This document shows, piece after piece, positions 30,122 to 40,101 of a DNA stretch of 64,000 bases (positions within the stretch are counted from its first letter, which is position 1; every line of letters starts with the position of its first letter). A program made the translations under genes and the position numbers. Source of the DNA: an uncultured virus (IMG/VR IMGVR_UViG_3300002461_000499) (lineage: Duplodnaviria; Heunggongvirae; Uroviricota; Caudoviricetes); IMG/VR virus record IMGVR_UViG_3300002461_000499; one strand, written 5' to 3'. The notes under the pieces are model-generated. The model was not told where the DNA came from, did no database searches, and saw nothing but the letters and a program-made list of their open reading frames with translations.

Positions 30122-30210
30122 TGTCCAACTTCGCACGCGTTGGACGCTTCCTGTTTGACACTGATACCTGATTTCGCCTTTTCGGCAATTCCTTTGCAGG
30201 AAAGTTTTTC

Positions 30211-31155
30211 ATGCCGAACGAATCACAAAATATTGACCTTGCTTCGCTGCCGTTGAATCGCGACATCGAGCAATTTTTGATGACATCCGAATTCCTCGAA
30301 ATAAATTACGAGTTCGGATGGCAGCAAATGAACGCCTATACGCAAGACTTGATGTTCTTGCAAGCGGGCGGCAAGTTCAAAGACCTGGGCATTTCCGAAC
30401 GTCGCAAGTCGGCGCTTCCGTCGCTGATTGTCCCGCAATCGGCTGAATCGTTCACCCTCGTCGACAATTGGGATATGATGATGGGCGACACGCCGCCCGG
30501 ATCAATTGCCCTTTTGAAACTGTCCGGCGTAATGCGCACACAAAGCGCGATTTCCTCACCTGGAATCGACCGGCTGTCGAACGATATGCGTTCGGCGTAC
30601 AATAATTCAAACATCAAAGGGATCATTGTCGACACGTATTCCGGCGGCGGTGAAAGTTCGGCGGGTAGTGTCTTGAAATCGGTTTATTCTGAACGGAATA
30701 AACCTGTCGTCGTATTCGGGCACCTCGTCGCGTCGGCAGCATTCAGGGCGTCGAGCGGCGCCGACGAAATCGTGATGTCGTCGATGAATGCCGAGGTCGG
30801 TTCACTTGGTACAATGATACCGATTGACTTGAAAATCCTGAACAGGATTCGGGAAACGACAACGACTTTTTACGGGGCCGACGCTCCGAATAAAAATATC
30901 GAGGAACGCGCCGCAATCGCTGGCGACTTTTCCGTCCTGCAAAAACGGGTCGACGAATTGACCCGGCAATTCCATGATGAAATAAAACGCGACCGCAATT
31001 TGCAAGGCGACGCGGCTACAATAAAGGAAACGCTTTCCGGCAAAATGTTCACGGCTGCCGACGGTAAACGTCGCGGCCTTGTCGATGCAATCGGCAACCT
31101 GAACTTTGCAATCCGGCGGGTAAATGCTTTACAATCAAAGTATAAAACATCTTAA
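30211..31155 (+). CDS. Prohead protease, S49/SppA family
   Basis: IIVDTYSGGG, KPVVVF...ASAAF, EVGSLGT, GLVDAIG. Confidence 0.85.
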   Translation: MPNESQNIDLASLPLNRDIEQFLMTSEFLEINYEFGWQQMNAYTQDLMFLQAGGKFKDLGISERRKSALPSLIVPQSAESFTLVDNWDMMMGDTPPGSIALLKLSGVMRTQSAISSPGIDRLSNDMRSAYNNSNIKGIIVDTYSGGGESSAGSVLKSVYSERNKPVVVFGHLVASAAFRASSGADEIVMSSMNAEVGSLGTMIPIDLKILNRIRETTTTFYGADAPNKNIEERAAIAGDFSVLQKRVDELTRQFHDEIKRDRNLQGDAATIKETLSGKMFTAADGKRRGLVDAIGNLNFAIRRVNALQSKYKTS

Positions 31156-31157
31156 AC

Positions 31158-31697
31158 ATGAAATTCGACGCATCCAAATCACAGCTGTATCAACAGATTA
31201 TGGAAGCCGCCGTCACCTTTTTGGGGTTGGATGCGGCGACCGCAACCGAAACTGACGTTCACGCGGCTTTTGACGGTAAAAAACCCCTGGCCGACCTGAT
31301 CGACGAAGCGAAGTCGACGGCCGTCGCCGACCTGCAAAAGCAGTTCAACGACATGAAAACCGATTTCGACAAAGGCAAAGAAGAAATGGACACTTTGAAA
31401 AAAGATGTCGAAGCCTTCAAACTGGCCGAAAAAACGAAAGACGACCGAATCGCTGATCTATCGAAAGACCTGGCCGATCAAAAACTCGCAACGGACGCGA
31501 TGAAAGATCAGCACAAAAAAGAAACCGCACGACTGGCCGGGGAAATTGCCGCCGCGAAAGCGGGCAAGGCAATGGAAGCCGATGTCGTCGACGATGTCAG
31601 CGAAGCGGGCAAGGCGGACAAATCGAAAAACGGTGCATCCGTGATCGTTGCGCAAGGTGACGCCCTGCAAAACCTGACGAAAAAGCAAACGGTGTAA
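31158..31697 (+). CDS. Probable capsid scaffold protein
   Basis: Charged coiled coil between protease and capsid genes. Confidence 0.6.
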   Translation: MKFDASKSQLYQQIMEAAVTFLGLDAATATETDVHAAFDGKKPLADLIDEAKSTAVADLQKQFNDMKTDFDKGKEEMDTLKKDVEAFKLAEKTKDDRIADLSKDLADQKLATDAMKDQHKKETARLAGEIAAAKAGKAMEADVVDDVSEAGKADKSKNGASVIVAQGDALQNLTKKQTV

Positions 31698-31771
31698 ACG
31701 GCGCCGAGGGCTGTAAAAAAAGTTGCTGACCGGTACGATAAAGGTTCTGTAAACTTTTAAATTTCAACGCC

Positions 31772-32974
31772 ATGCCACAAATCGAGGGTGGATTTTCCCT
31801 TACAGGCGATGCCGCCGGTCGGCAAATTTCTTTGACGACCGAATCAGCATTGCAAATTTTTGACAACATTTCCGTACTGCAAACCGACCCGTTCGCGCGG
31901 GCGCTTGGCATTTACGGCGACGTGACGCTCGATTCAGAACTCGAAGGTCGTTTCCTGTCGTTCTCGACGCCGAAACACCTTTTGTCGTCTCGCAAAATGG
32001 GCTGTACCTGGAACCCGAAAGGGGGTATGCGCCTGAACGTCGACACGTTCCCGACCTGTCCGGTCGAGTTCGACGGCGAACAATGTATCGACACTTTTTA
32101 CGGCACCTGTTTCGAGCGGCTTTTCGGAAGCGGCAATCAGGTTCGCGAATTCGCATCGACGGAAGCGGGCCAGAAATTGCTTGCCGAAATGCTTCGCAAG
32201 ATTTATCAAGGTTTGGGCAACTCGTTTTTCGATTTGTACCACTTTGCAAATCACCCGCTGATTACGCAAGCGAATCTCGATTCGTTCTACAAAGTAGGCG
32301 CGAAGGAATGGCTTGATTATACCGACCAGATGCTTTCGGGCAAATGCGGCGGTCTGATTACGCAACTCGACACGCTTGCCTCGATGGGCGAAAAGTATTA
32401 CAGCCGACAAATCGAACTCGACGACCTCGACATCGCACGCAACCGCTTTACCGGTGACGTGATCCAACTGTTCGAGGGACTTGTCGACAATGCAAGCCCT
32501 GAATTGCAGTCGATGGTCGATACCGGTATGATGGTCAACGGTGTAAACCGCTTGCCCGTCCTGATGGTCACTTCCGACATTTTCCGCGCTTACAAAGCCT
32601 GGATCACGTCGAAAGCCGGAACGAACGAACTTGCGTACCGATACACGATTGAACGCGAAGATGGAACGACGAAATTGATGCACAACATCCTTATGTGGGA
32701 CGGCTTGCCGATCATCAAATGGGATGCAAACAGCCGTTTCGACGCAATCACCGGCACGCAATCGCACCGGGCCGCGCTCGTTGCTCCGCAAGTATTCGGC
32801 GTGTTGCACGACGTTCGCGACCTGAAACAATGGGAAGGCATGGGCCTGATGGTCGAGCAATCTACCCGTTTGCAGGACAAAGGCAAAATCTTTATGTCGA
32901 CGACGTTCCGTTGGGGCGCCGGTATCGCCAATAAAGACATGGTTTCCATGGCGTCGCGCATCCTGCACCCTTAA
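31772..32974 (+). CDS. Major capsid protein
   Basis: 400 aa, follows protease/scaffold, GCTWNP, EQC, GLITQL pattern, strong codon bias. Confidence 0.7.
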   Translation: MPQIEGGFSLTGDAAGRQISLTTESALQIFDNISVLQTDPFARALGIYGDVTLDSELEGRFLSFSTPKHLLSSRKMGCTWNPKGGMRLNVDTFPTCPVEFDGEQCIDTFYGTCFERLFGSGNQVREFASTEAGQKLLAEMLRKIYQGLGNSFFDLYHFANHPLITQANLDSFYKVGAKEWLDYTDQMLSGKCGGLITQLDTLASMGEKYYSRQIELDDLDIARNRFTGDVIQLFEGLVDNASPELQSMVDTGMMVNGVNRLPVLMVTSDIFRAYKAWITSKAGTNELAYRYTIEREDGTTKLMHNILMWDGLPIIKWDANSRFDAITGTQSHRAALVAPQVFGVLHDVRDLKQWEGMGLMVEQSTRLQDKGKIFMSTTFRWGAGIANKDMVSMASRILHP

Positions 32975-33013
32975 TTAATTCACGCATTCCGTTAACCATT
33001 AAATTTTAAAGAC

Positions 33014-33562
33014 ATGGCTTGTGGACTTGTTGGAATTAACAGTGTGACGGATTGTTTGCCGAATTATGGCGGTATCGTCAAATCATTCGCGGCAAAACTT
33101 TCTGACATTACAGGTGTGACGATCACATCGGGGGTAATATCCAACTTTACAATGGCATCGACCGGCCTTTGGGAAGAATACGTTTACGATGCCGACGGCA
33201 CCGCGAACTATAACCAAACGGGCGCGCTCAATAATAACCGGTTCCAGAACGAACAGGTTGCATTTATGAAGTTCAAGGGCATTAACGCCGCTTATGTTTC
33301 CGCCGCGAATCTGGCGAAAGACTGTTGCGACGTCGTGTTCGTTCACGTCCTGGCAAATGGTACCCGCCTCGTGCAAGGTATCGAAGCCCAGGCCGCGACC
33401 GGCGCCCCTGACCGTACGTTCAACCGTTCAACCCGGATCATTCCGAACATCAACACGGACACAACGCAAAACGAAGCCCGCATGGAATTTACCGTGTCGG
33501 GTAGCTCGAATTCGTTTTCCCTGACGACTTCGCTGTCTGATTCGGCAATCCTGGCGCTGTAA
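33014..33562 (+). CDS. Major tail (tube) protein
   Basis: MACGLVG....DC...GGI N-terminus typical of Bacteroidota siphovirus tail tubes; 182 aa. Confidence 0.65.
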   Translation: MACGLVGINSVTDCLPNYGGIVKSFAAKLSDITGVTITSGVISNFTMASTGLWEEYVYDADGTANYNQTGALNNNRFQNEQVAFMKFKGINAAYVSAANLAKDCCDVVFVHVLANGTRLVQGIEAQAATGAPDRTFNRSTRIIPNINTDTTQNEARMEFTVSGSSNSFSLTTSLSDSAILAL

Positions 33563-33574
33563 ACTCGTAACATC

Positions 33575-33820
33575 ATGCCGACGATCAAATTTCAGGTAAA
33601 CCCGGAATACTTAAAAAAGTACCCGGAATCTGTCACCCTTTACGAAGGGGAACCGGTCGCTTTGTCGGGCAAGGAAATAACCGTCACCCGTCCGGGAACG
33701 GTTACACATCCGCCGACAAGCCGCACGATTAAGGGCGCTACACAAACCGCTTTGAAGTATTTGAAAGAGGTTGAAAAGAACCCGCATATCGACGAAATCA
33801 CGGTCAAAGACGAAAAGTAA
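33575..33820 (+). CDS. Hypothetical structural-region protein
   Basis: ATQTALKYL C-terminal motif; position. Confidence 0.6.
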   Translation: MPTIKFQVNPEYLKKYPESVTLYEGEPVALSGKEITVTRPGTVTHPPTSRTIKGATQTALKYLKEVEKNPHIDEITVKDEK

Positions 33821-33833
33821 AAAAAGCAAAGGA

Positions 33834-35312
33834 ATGTCCGATCCGACAACACAGGAAATTGAACTGAACGAATGTTGCCCGGAAACGGAAGCGACAAACC
33901 CGAAACGTGATTTGTTCCGCCGCAAAGCGAAACGATTCGATCACCTGTTCAGTTTGAAAAACCCGATCCCGGATGAAGTAAAAGACAACGACGATTTAAA
34001 GACACTTTTTAAACGTTGGAACTTCATACCGTACGCGGGCACGTTGTTGGAAACCGGGCATTCCTTGCTTACCTGGGAAAACATGTTGTCGAAATTGTCG
34101 GCGACGAACAATGCGGCAATCACGAAGAAAATAAATTTCGCCGTCGGCGGCAAAGCCCGTGTCATTCGATCAGTTGACCCGGAATTTGAAACCGGCGACG
34201 AACTTGTTCCGGTGGAAAGTGCCGAGGCGAAAACGTACATCGAAGCATTAAAAACGTTCATTGAATTTCAGGGCGGGATTTCAAAATTTCATAACCGCAT
34301 CGGCTGGCAATACGAATCAAACGGGAACGGTTGGATCGAATTGTCATTCGCGTCGGTAATGGGACAGGGCCGCGTTTCCTTGACATCGCACCGGACGACA
34401 AATTGCATGTACCTGAACACGGCGCCCGGCGAAAACCGGGCTGTCGCTATTTCGCCCGTTTGGACTGACAAGTATCTGAAAAAGCACGCGCCGCGCGTTG
34501 TGCCGCTGTACCCTGTTTTCAGGAATGACGGCGGCGTTTTGCGTACGATGTTTCATTTGAAAGCGGGTGATAATGAATGGTACGGCCGGCCACCGAGCGA
34601 AGGCGCCGACGTTTACAAGTACCGCGAAGTTCAGGACGCGATTTATCAAGTACGTGCGGCGGCAACGAATTTCACGGGGCAACTGCTGATCGAAGTCGAG
34701 GACGACAACCCCGAGTTTGCAACCGAACCGGACGAAAAAGGAGCTGTCAAAGCCGGGTACACGGGATTCGTTAACCGCATGGAAGAAAATTTCACGAACA
34801 AAGGTGACGACCCGCAATCGGTTTATTTCGCATCGCGGCCGTACGGATCGAAACAAATGTTCGTGTTCCAACTGTCGCCGAATACGAAAGAACAGTGGTA
34901 CAAAGTCACCGGCGAAATGGCCGAAAATCGGATTTTGCGTGCGCACGGATTGACGCCCCGGTTCATGGGCTTCGACGTGTCAAACGGCTTTGCATCCGAC
35001 GTTTATATTTCTGATTACATCCTGAACGTTCAGCCGGTTATTCAAGACTTGCACGACGAAATAATGAATTTCGTCAATTCTGTTTTAACGCAAGCCTGGA
35101 AACTCGTAGGGCACGAGGAATGGAATGTTTATTCACTTGCATTCGCGCCGCCGATTCAGTCGACCGTCGAGGAATTCAAGGTCGGACAGGACAAGGCAAA
35201 GCAGCAAACGCAACCCGACAATTCAAAATCTGACCCCGAGGCCGAACAGGAACAACCGAACGCCCCTGATCCAAAGAAAAAACCTGATCCAAACAACGAC
35301 GACGAGGAATGA
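33834..35312 (+). CDS. Portal protein
   Basis: IPY.G, SATNNAAITKK, NGNGWIEL, WYGRP, ILRAHGLTPRFMG; start at ATG 33834. Confidence 0.8.
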   Translation: MSDPTTQEIELNECCPETEATNPKRDLFRRKAKRFDHLFSLKNPIPDEVKDNDDLKTLFKRWNFIPYAGTLLETGHSLLTWENMLSKLSATNNAAITKKINFAVGGKARVIRSVDPEFETGDELVPVESAEAKTYIEALKTFIEFQGGISKFHNRIGWQYESNGNGWIELSFASVMGQGRVSLTSHRTTNCMYLNTAPGENRAVAISPVWTDKYLKKHAPRVVPLYPVFRNDGGVLRTMFHLKAGDNEWYGRPPSEGADVYKYREVQDAIYQVRAAATNFTGQLLIEVEDDNPEFATEPDEKGAVKAGYTGFVNRMEENFTNKGDDPQSVYFASRPYGSKQMFVFQLSPNTKEQWYKVTGEMAENRILRAHGLTPRFMGFDVSNGFASDVYISDYILNVQPVIQDLHDEIMNFVNSVLTQAWKLVGHEEWNVYSLAFAPPIQSTVEEFKVGQDKAKQQTQPDNSKSDPEAEQEQPNAPDPKKKPDPNNDDEE

Positions 35313-35956
35313 ATCTGACAACCGAATTTGAAGTCTTAATGTACTCCCCTGCCGGGTTCGATTACCCGACGGATTCGTTTTGTATTCTCATTCCGCAATA
35401 TGAACTCGAAATGCGTCGCGCGTGCCTGGGTCGTCCCCTGTTTGATTTCATGGTCGCATCGCTGACGCCTTACCCGGTCGGCGTGACGCCCTGGAACAAA
35501 ACAAAGCAGTACGGAATCGGAAGCGTTGTCGTGCGTAACGCTTGCACCTACATATCAGACGCCGATTGCAATACGAATGATCCATCGAAACCGAATTCGG
35601 ATTGGTCAAAATTCAAGCGGTTCACGAATGACGGTTGCAATGAACTTTGGGAAAAGTTCTTGCGCCAGATTATGGCCTACAAAGTTTTTATCGGCAGCCT
35701 GACGTCGACAACATATCGAAGCGGCGCGGGCGGAATGACCGTCAACGCCGGGGACGGCACCGGAACCCGAGCGGTCAACAAAACCGAAATGCTGACGAAC
35801 CTGACGCAATACAACGGATTTGTAAAGATGACGATTGAAAACATGGAGGAATGGTTGCGCGACAATTACAAAACCTACGAACTGCCGGTTCCGACTTGCG
35901 CCGGAAATTGTAAAACCGTGTCGAATGCGACGCGTAGAATTGCCTTCCGTCGATGA
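35309..35956 (+). CDS. Probable head-tail adaptor with a CBM5/12-like insert
   Basis: After portal; WNKTKQYGIGSVV...Y......N..P....W insert. Confidence 0.55.
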   Translation: MNLTTEFEVLMYSPAGFDYPTDSFCILIPQYELEMRRACLGRPLFDFMVASLTPYPVGVTPWNKTKQYGIGSVVVRNACTYISDADCNTNDPSKPNSDWSKFKRFTNDGCNELWEKFLRQIMAYKVFIGSLTSTTYRSGAGGMTVNAGDGTGTRAVNKTEMLTNLTQYNGFVKMTIENMEEWLRDNYKTYELPVPTCAGNCKTVSNATRRIAFRR

Positions 35957-36252
35957 ATATTTTTAACGAGGCATTGAAAATACTTGCAGATACGGCGCTC
36001 GTGCATGAACGCGTCGACGCAACCGAGAAAGCCCGACGCCTGGGCATTTGTGAGGCTTGCACGTACTTCGATCCGGTGAACAGAAAATGCACCGCCTGTT
36101 CGTGTTTTATGGATGTCAAGTGCGGCGCAAGAACAAATTTTAATCCGAAGGCGGGACGTAACGAAATCACACATTGTCCAAACGGTTTTTGGGGTGATGT
36201 CGATACGGCAAATTTTTACCGAGTGAAAGACGGCATTTCGCCGATAGTATAA
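35953..36252 (+). CDS. Cys-rich small protein (DUF6171-like)
   Basis: RRLGICEAC...CTACSCFMDVK...CPNGFW. Confidence 0.65.
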   Translation: MNIFNEALKILADTALVHERVDATEKARRLGICEACTYFDPVNRKCTACSCFMDVKCGARTNFNPKAGRNEITHCPNGFWGDVDTANFYRVKDGISPIV

Positions 36253-36271
36253 ATTTTAAACTTGAATTGTC

Positions 36272-36991
36272 ATGTATCAAAAAAATGCAGTTGACGGACA
36301 AAACGCCAACAATTTTCTGAAAACGACATCCGGCGAAATGGGTTGTTGCGGCAATGTTCCGGCTGAATGTCAAAGCACTGCCACCTATACACAGGCGAAC
36401 AGCGTGTCGGCAATCACTGTCGAAGAAAACGGGGTCGATGTTCCGTTGCCTTTGACGATTGCGGGCGCCGCGACCGCCGCACAGGTGAAAACAGCAATCG
36501 ACGCCGCACTCGTCGCACACGGCTATTATGACGACGACAATGTCGATTATCCGGGTATCGTAGTCACCGACCTGGGAACGACGCTTGAAATCGTCATCAC
36601 GGGCCGGATCAAAGTAAAAACGCTGACGGCAAGCGGCGGAACCTCGACGTTCGACGCCGATTGTATCAAGCAAAACCTTTGCACGTTCGCGGTAACGGGT
36701 TTCACAGCGGGCGCCGGTTCGACACTTCACACGAACGGTTCTGTTCAATCCCTGGGCACGATCACGCCCGGCACGACAACCGCTGCCGACGTGAAAACTG
36801 CCGTCGAGGCTGCATTGCTGGCCGAGGGCATTACCGCCGTCGCAACGGTTACGACAACCGGTTCCGGCGGAACGCAAACGTACAATGTCAGCATTGCCGC
36901 AATCCCGTCGAATACGACGCTTTACCTGGTCGGCGCATCCGGTGTAAAATTTTACCTGGAAACGTCGAATTGTGTTCAGTCGTACAATTGA
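36272..36991 (+). CDS. Probable structural protein with an internal duplication
   Basis: TAAQVKTAIDAAL / TAADVKTAVEAAL repeated; Thr/Ala/Gly-rich. Confidence 0.65.
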   Translation: MYQKNAVDGQNANNFLKTTSGEMGCCGNVPAECQSTATYTQANSVSAITVEENGVDVPLPLTIAGAATAAQVKTAIDAALVAHGYYDDDNVDYPGIVVTDLGTTLEIVITGRIKVKTLTASGGTSTFDADCIKQNLCTFAVTGFTAGAGSTLHTNGSVQSLGTITPGTTTAADVKTAVEAALLAEGITAVATVTTTGSGGTQTYNVSIAAIPSNTTLYLVGASGVKFYLETSNCVQSYN

Positions 36992-37068
36992 CGCCCTGTT
37001 TGCTTTATCGTACCAATACCATACGCCGGGGCGGTTCCGTACCCGCCCCGGCAAACTTTGTTAATCCG

Positions 37069-40000
37069 ATGACAAAATCGCTGAAAATTTTTCTGTTCGT
37101 CCTGTCGTGTCTGTTTTCGTCTGCAATCGCAACGGGACAGACATTTACTTTTGAATGCCTATGCGCTCAACTGACCGGCGACAGCTGTGATTTATGCCCG
37201 ACGAATACGGCCCTGTTTTCACGGTCGTTCAAAGGATTGTTGATTTACAGGAACGGCAATCCTTATAAATGGATTGATTCGCCGTACACATCGCGGCGCC
37301 TGAAAAACAACACGATCCAATTTATCGAGCAAATCCCGAACCCCGATCAGGTTACGATTGCATTGTTTCAAACGCAATTTTCAACGATGCAAGGTTTTGT
37401 CGATTCGACGTACTGTCAGTGCGGCGACGTCGGCACGACATACACGGCCGGGCCTGGAATTGTCATTTCAAACGATACGATTTCGGCGGTCGATACTTCC
37501 TACACAAACGAATTACAGCACATTGACACGCTGTTGATTCTTTCAGGTAGTTTGTACGTTTCCCTTTCAGACGACGGTGTTCCGGCGTCTGTTGTCGTTT
37601 TGCCGGTTCCTGACGGATCGGAAACGAAAGTCAATGCGGGCACCGGAATATCAGTGACCGGGATCGGCACAATTGCGAACCCGTATGTCGTCACGAATAC
37701 GGGTGACTTGTCGAACACGAATGAACTTCAAACGTACGGGCACGCTGGAACGACGACGTACACGAACACGCTGTCGAGCGGCGGCGGTTCCTGGTCGATC
37801 ACCGGCGCGGGCATTGCCGTAATCAGTCAGACCGGGGGCGCGATTACCGTCACGGCAACCGAGGTCGACGGATCGACAACAAATGAATTGCAGACGTACG
37901 GGCACGCTGGAACGACGACGTACACGAACACGCTGTCAGGCGGCGGCGGTTCTTTTACTTTACAGGCATCCGGTATCGCTTCGATCAGTAATTCAGGCGG
38001 TACCGTAACGATTTCAGCGACCGAGGTCGACGGATCAGTCACAAATGAAGGCGTCATCGGCGTCGGCGCTGGCGGCGCATCGTCATCGGTAATCACATCG
38101 ACGACATCCGGCGCGACCGGCGTGACTGTCAACGTTGCCGGTATTCTTTCAATCAGCGAATCAACAGCGTCGAACGGCGGGTCGATTACTTTGACAGCGA
38201 CCGAGGTCGACGGATCAACGTCGAACGAATTGCAGACGTACGGGCACGCTGGAACGACGACGTACACGAACACGCTGTCGAGTGGCGGCGGTTCCTGGTC
38301 GATCACCGGGGCCGGTATCGCTGTCATAAGTCAGACCGGCGGCGCGATTACTGTCACAGCGACCGAGGTTGACGGATCAACGTCGAACGAACTTCAAACG
38401 TACGGGCATTCGGGAACGACGTCGTACACAAATACCCTATCAAGCGGCGGCGGCGCTTTTACATTACAGGCATCCGGCATCGCTTCGATCAGCCATTCAG
38501 GCGGTACCGTAACGATTTCAGCGACCGAGGTTGACGGATCGACAACGAATGAACTGCAAACGTACGGGCACGCTGGAACAACGACGTACACAAATACGCT
38601 GTCAGGCGGCGGCGGTTCCTGGTCAATCACCGGCGCGGGTATCGCTGTCATAAGTCAGACCGGCGGCGCAATTACCGTCACGGCAACCGAGGTCGACGGA
38701 TCGGTGACGAATGAAGGTATTATCGGCGTCGGCGCGGGTGGTGCATCGTCATCCGTAATCACTTCGACGACGTCCGGGGCGACCGGCGTGACTGTCAATG
38801 TGTCGGGCATCCTTTCGATCAGCGAATCAACGGCGTCGAACGGCGGTTCGATTACGCTGACGGCAACCGAGGTCGACGGATCAACGACAAACGAAGTTCA
38901 AACGATCAGTGCATCGGGCGCCGGGCCGACGTCGTACAATATCGACCTGAACTTGTCAGGCGGTTCGGTTACGGTTGCCGAGGGATCAGGAATTGATTTG
39001 ACCCGTTCAGGCAACACGATCACGATTGCCGCAACAGGATCGACGACCGCTTATGTGAACGGCGGTAACTCATTCGGCGCAAATGCGACGATTGGTTTGA
39101 ATGATAATTTCCGATGGGACTTCAAAACGAACAATCTTGTTCGGGGCGGCATAAATGCGGGCGGTACTTGGTGGATCGGTGCGACGCCGCTGACGACGGC
39201 AGCCTTTAACATCAACGGTTTGCAAGGGAATGGCGGCATTTTAATTGCTGGCGGCGGATCACTCGTCGGCCCTGACTTTATCACTTTGACCGGATCAGGC
39301 AGCGGATCAGACGCGACACTTTTGACCGGCGCAATGAGCATGGTAAACGGAACCGTTCTGATAAACGCCGAAAACACATCGTCAACAGGTAGCGGGGGGG
39401 CTGTTATACAAACTGTTGTTGCGGGCGCATCCACAGGCGACCCGAAATTTCAGGCTGAAACAGCAACAACAATTTGGACATGGGGCATTGACAACAGCAT
39501 TGCCGGGGAACCCTGGAAACTTCGACCTGCTGACGACATCGGTTCGACCGCCCTGGGTGTGACCGTTCTTGTATCTGGATTTACCGGCGTCAATCAAGCG
39601 GCACCGGTTCAGGAATTGCAAGTCACCGGAACCGGCGGCATCGGCTTTCCGAGGGGCACGACCGCGCAACGCCTTGCGTCGCCGACGATCCCGATAATTC
39701 GTGCAAATAACGAATACGGCGGAACCGAAATTTATGATCCGTCAAAAGGTCAATGGTATCGGTATTCTTGCACGTCGTCACCTACGTTTGCCGTCGGGGC
39801 GTCGGCCGGAACCGGTGCGTCGGCCGGTATTGTTGCCGGAACCGGGTCGAATGACTTGACAGGCGTTTTTTCTGTCACAACAGGAACAACCCCAGGCACG
39901 GGAACCTATGTGACGGCGACATTTTCATTTGCTTTTGATGGAACGACGACCGTCGTGCTGATTACGCCAGCAAACGACGCCGCGATGACAGCGTCGAATT

Positions 40001-40101
40001 TGTGGCGCAGGGACGTTCAATCAAATACGGGTTTCACGCTTCGCGGTGTTGGCTTGCCTGCATCGACGACGTTTCAGTTCAATTATCAAGTGATGCAATA
40101 A
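37069..40101 (+). CDS. Tail fibre/adhesin-like repeat protein with signal peptide
   Basis: Start ATG 37069 (MTKSLKIFLFVLSCLFSSAIATG/Q); TNELQT..TEVDG repeats; C-terminal PRGTTAQR fibre motif. Confidence 0.75.
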   Translation: MTKSLKIFLFVLSCLFSSAIATGQTFTFECLCAQLTGDSCDLCPTNTALFSRSFKGLLIYRNGNPYKWIDSPYTSRRLKNNTIQFIEQIPNPDQVTIALFQTQFSTMQGFVDSTYCQCGDVGTTYTAGPGIVISNDTISAVDTSYTNELQHIDTLLILSGSLYVSLSDDGVPASVVVLPVPDGSETKVNAGTGISVTGIGTIANPYVVTNTGDLSNTNELQTYGHAGTTTYTNTLSSGGGSWSITGAGIAVISQTGGAITVTATEVDGSTTNELQTYGHAGTTTYTNTLSGGGGSFTLQASGIASISNSGGTVTISATEVDGSVTNEGVIGVGAGGASSSVITSTTSGATGVTVNVAGILSISESTASNGGSITLTATEVDGSTSNELQTYGHAGTTTYTNTLSSGGGSWSITGAGIAVISQTGGAITVTATEVDGSTSNELQTYGHSGTTSYTNTLSSGGGAFTLQASGIASISHSGGTVTISATEVDGSTTNELQTYGHAGTTTYTNTLSGGGGSWSITGAGIAVISQTGGAITVTATEVDGSVTNEGIIGVGAGGASSSVITSTTSGATGVTVNVSGILSISESTASNGGSITLTATEVDGSTTNEVQTISASGAGPTSYNIDLNLSGGSVTVAEGSGIDLTRSGNTITIAATGSTTAYVNGGNSFGANATIGLNDNFRWDFKTNNLVRGGINAGGTWWIGATPLTTAAFNINGLQGNGGILIAGGGSLVGPDFITLTGSGSGSDATLLTGAMSMVNGTVLINAENTSSTGSGGAVIQTVVAGASTGDPKFQAETATTIWTWGIDNSIAGEPWKLRPADDIGSTALGVTVLVSGFTGVNQAAPVQELQVTGTGGIGFPRGTTAQRLASPTIPIIRANNEYGGTEIYDPSKGQWYRYSCTSSPTFAVGASAGTGASAGIVAGTGSNDLTGVFSVTTGTTPGTGTYVTATFSFAFDGTTTVVLITPANDAAMTASNLWRRDVQSNTGFTLRGVGLPASTTFQFNYQVMQ
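37718..38900 (+). repeat. Coding tandem repeats, seven units of three types (A-B-C-A-B-A-C)
   Basis: Units of about 54-61 aa bounded by NE(L/G)...TATEVDGS. Confidence 0.9.

Noticed and set aside
30110..30171. A9 run at the end of the HTH gene as a frameshift into the protease
   Set aside because: The -1 frame hits TGA at 30169-30171 before the protease start
31934..32968. 344 aa minus-strand ORF opposite the capsid gene, and similar ones at 59452..60411, 36167..37054, 21341..22063
   Set aside because: Antisense shadows of codon-biased + strand genes; no motifs or own expression signals
36661..37068. Upstream extension of the fibre ORF from 36661
   Set aside because: Overlaps the 36272..36991 gene and a hairpin; ATG 37069 gives a clean signal peptide
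37718..38900. Diversity-generating retroelement TR/VR pair
   Set aside because: Differences are synonymous and not adenine-specific; no reverse transcriptase in the window
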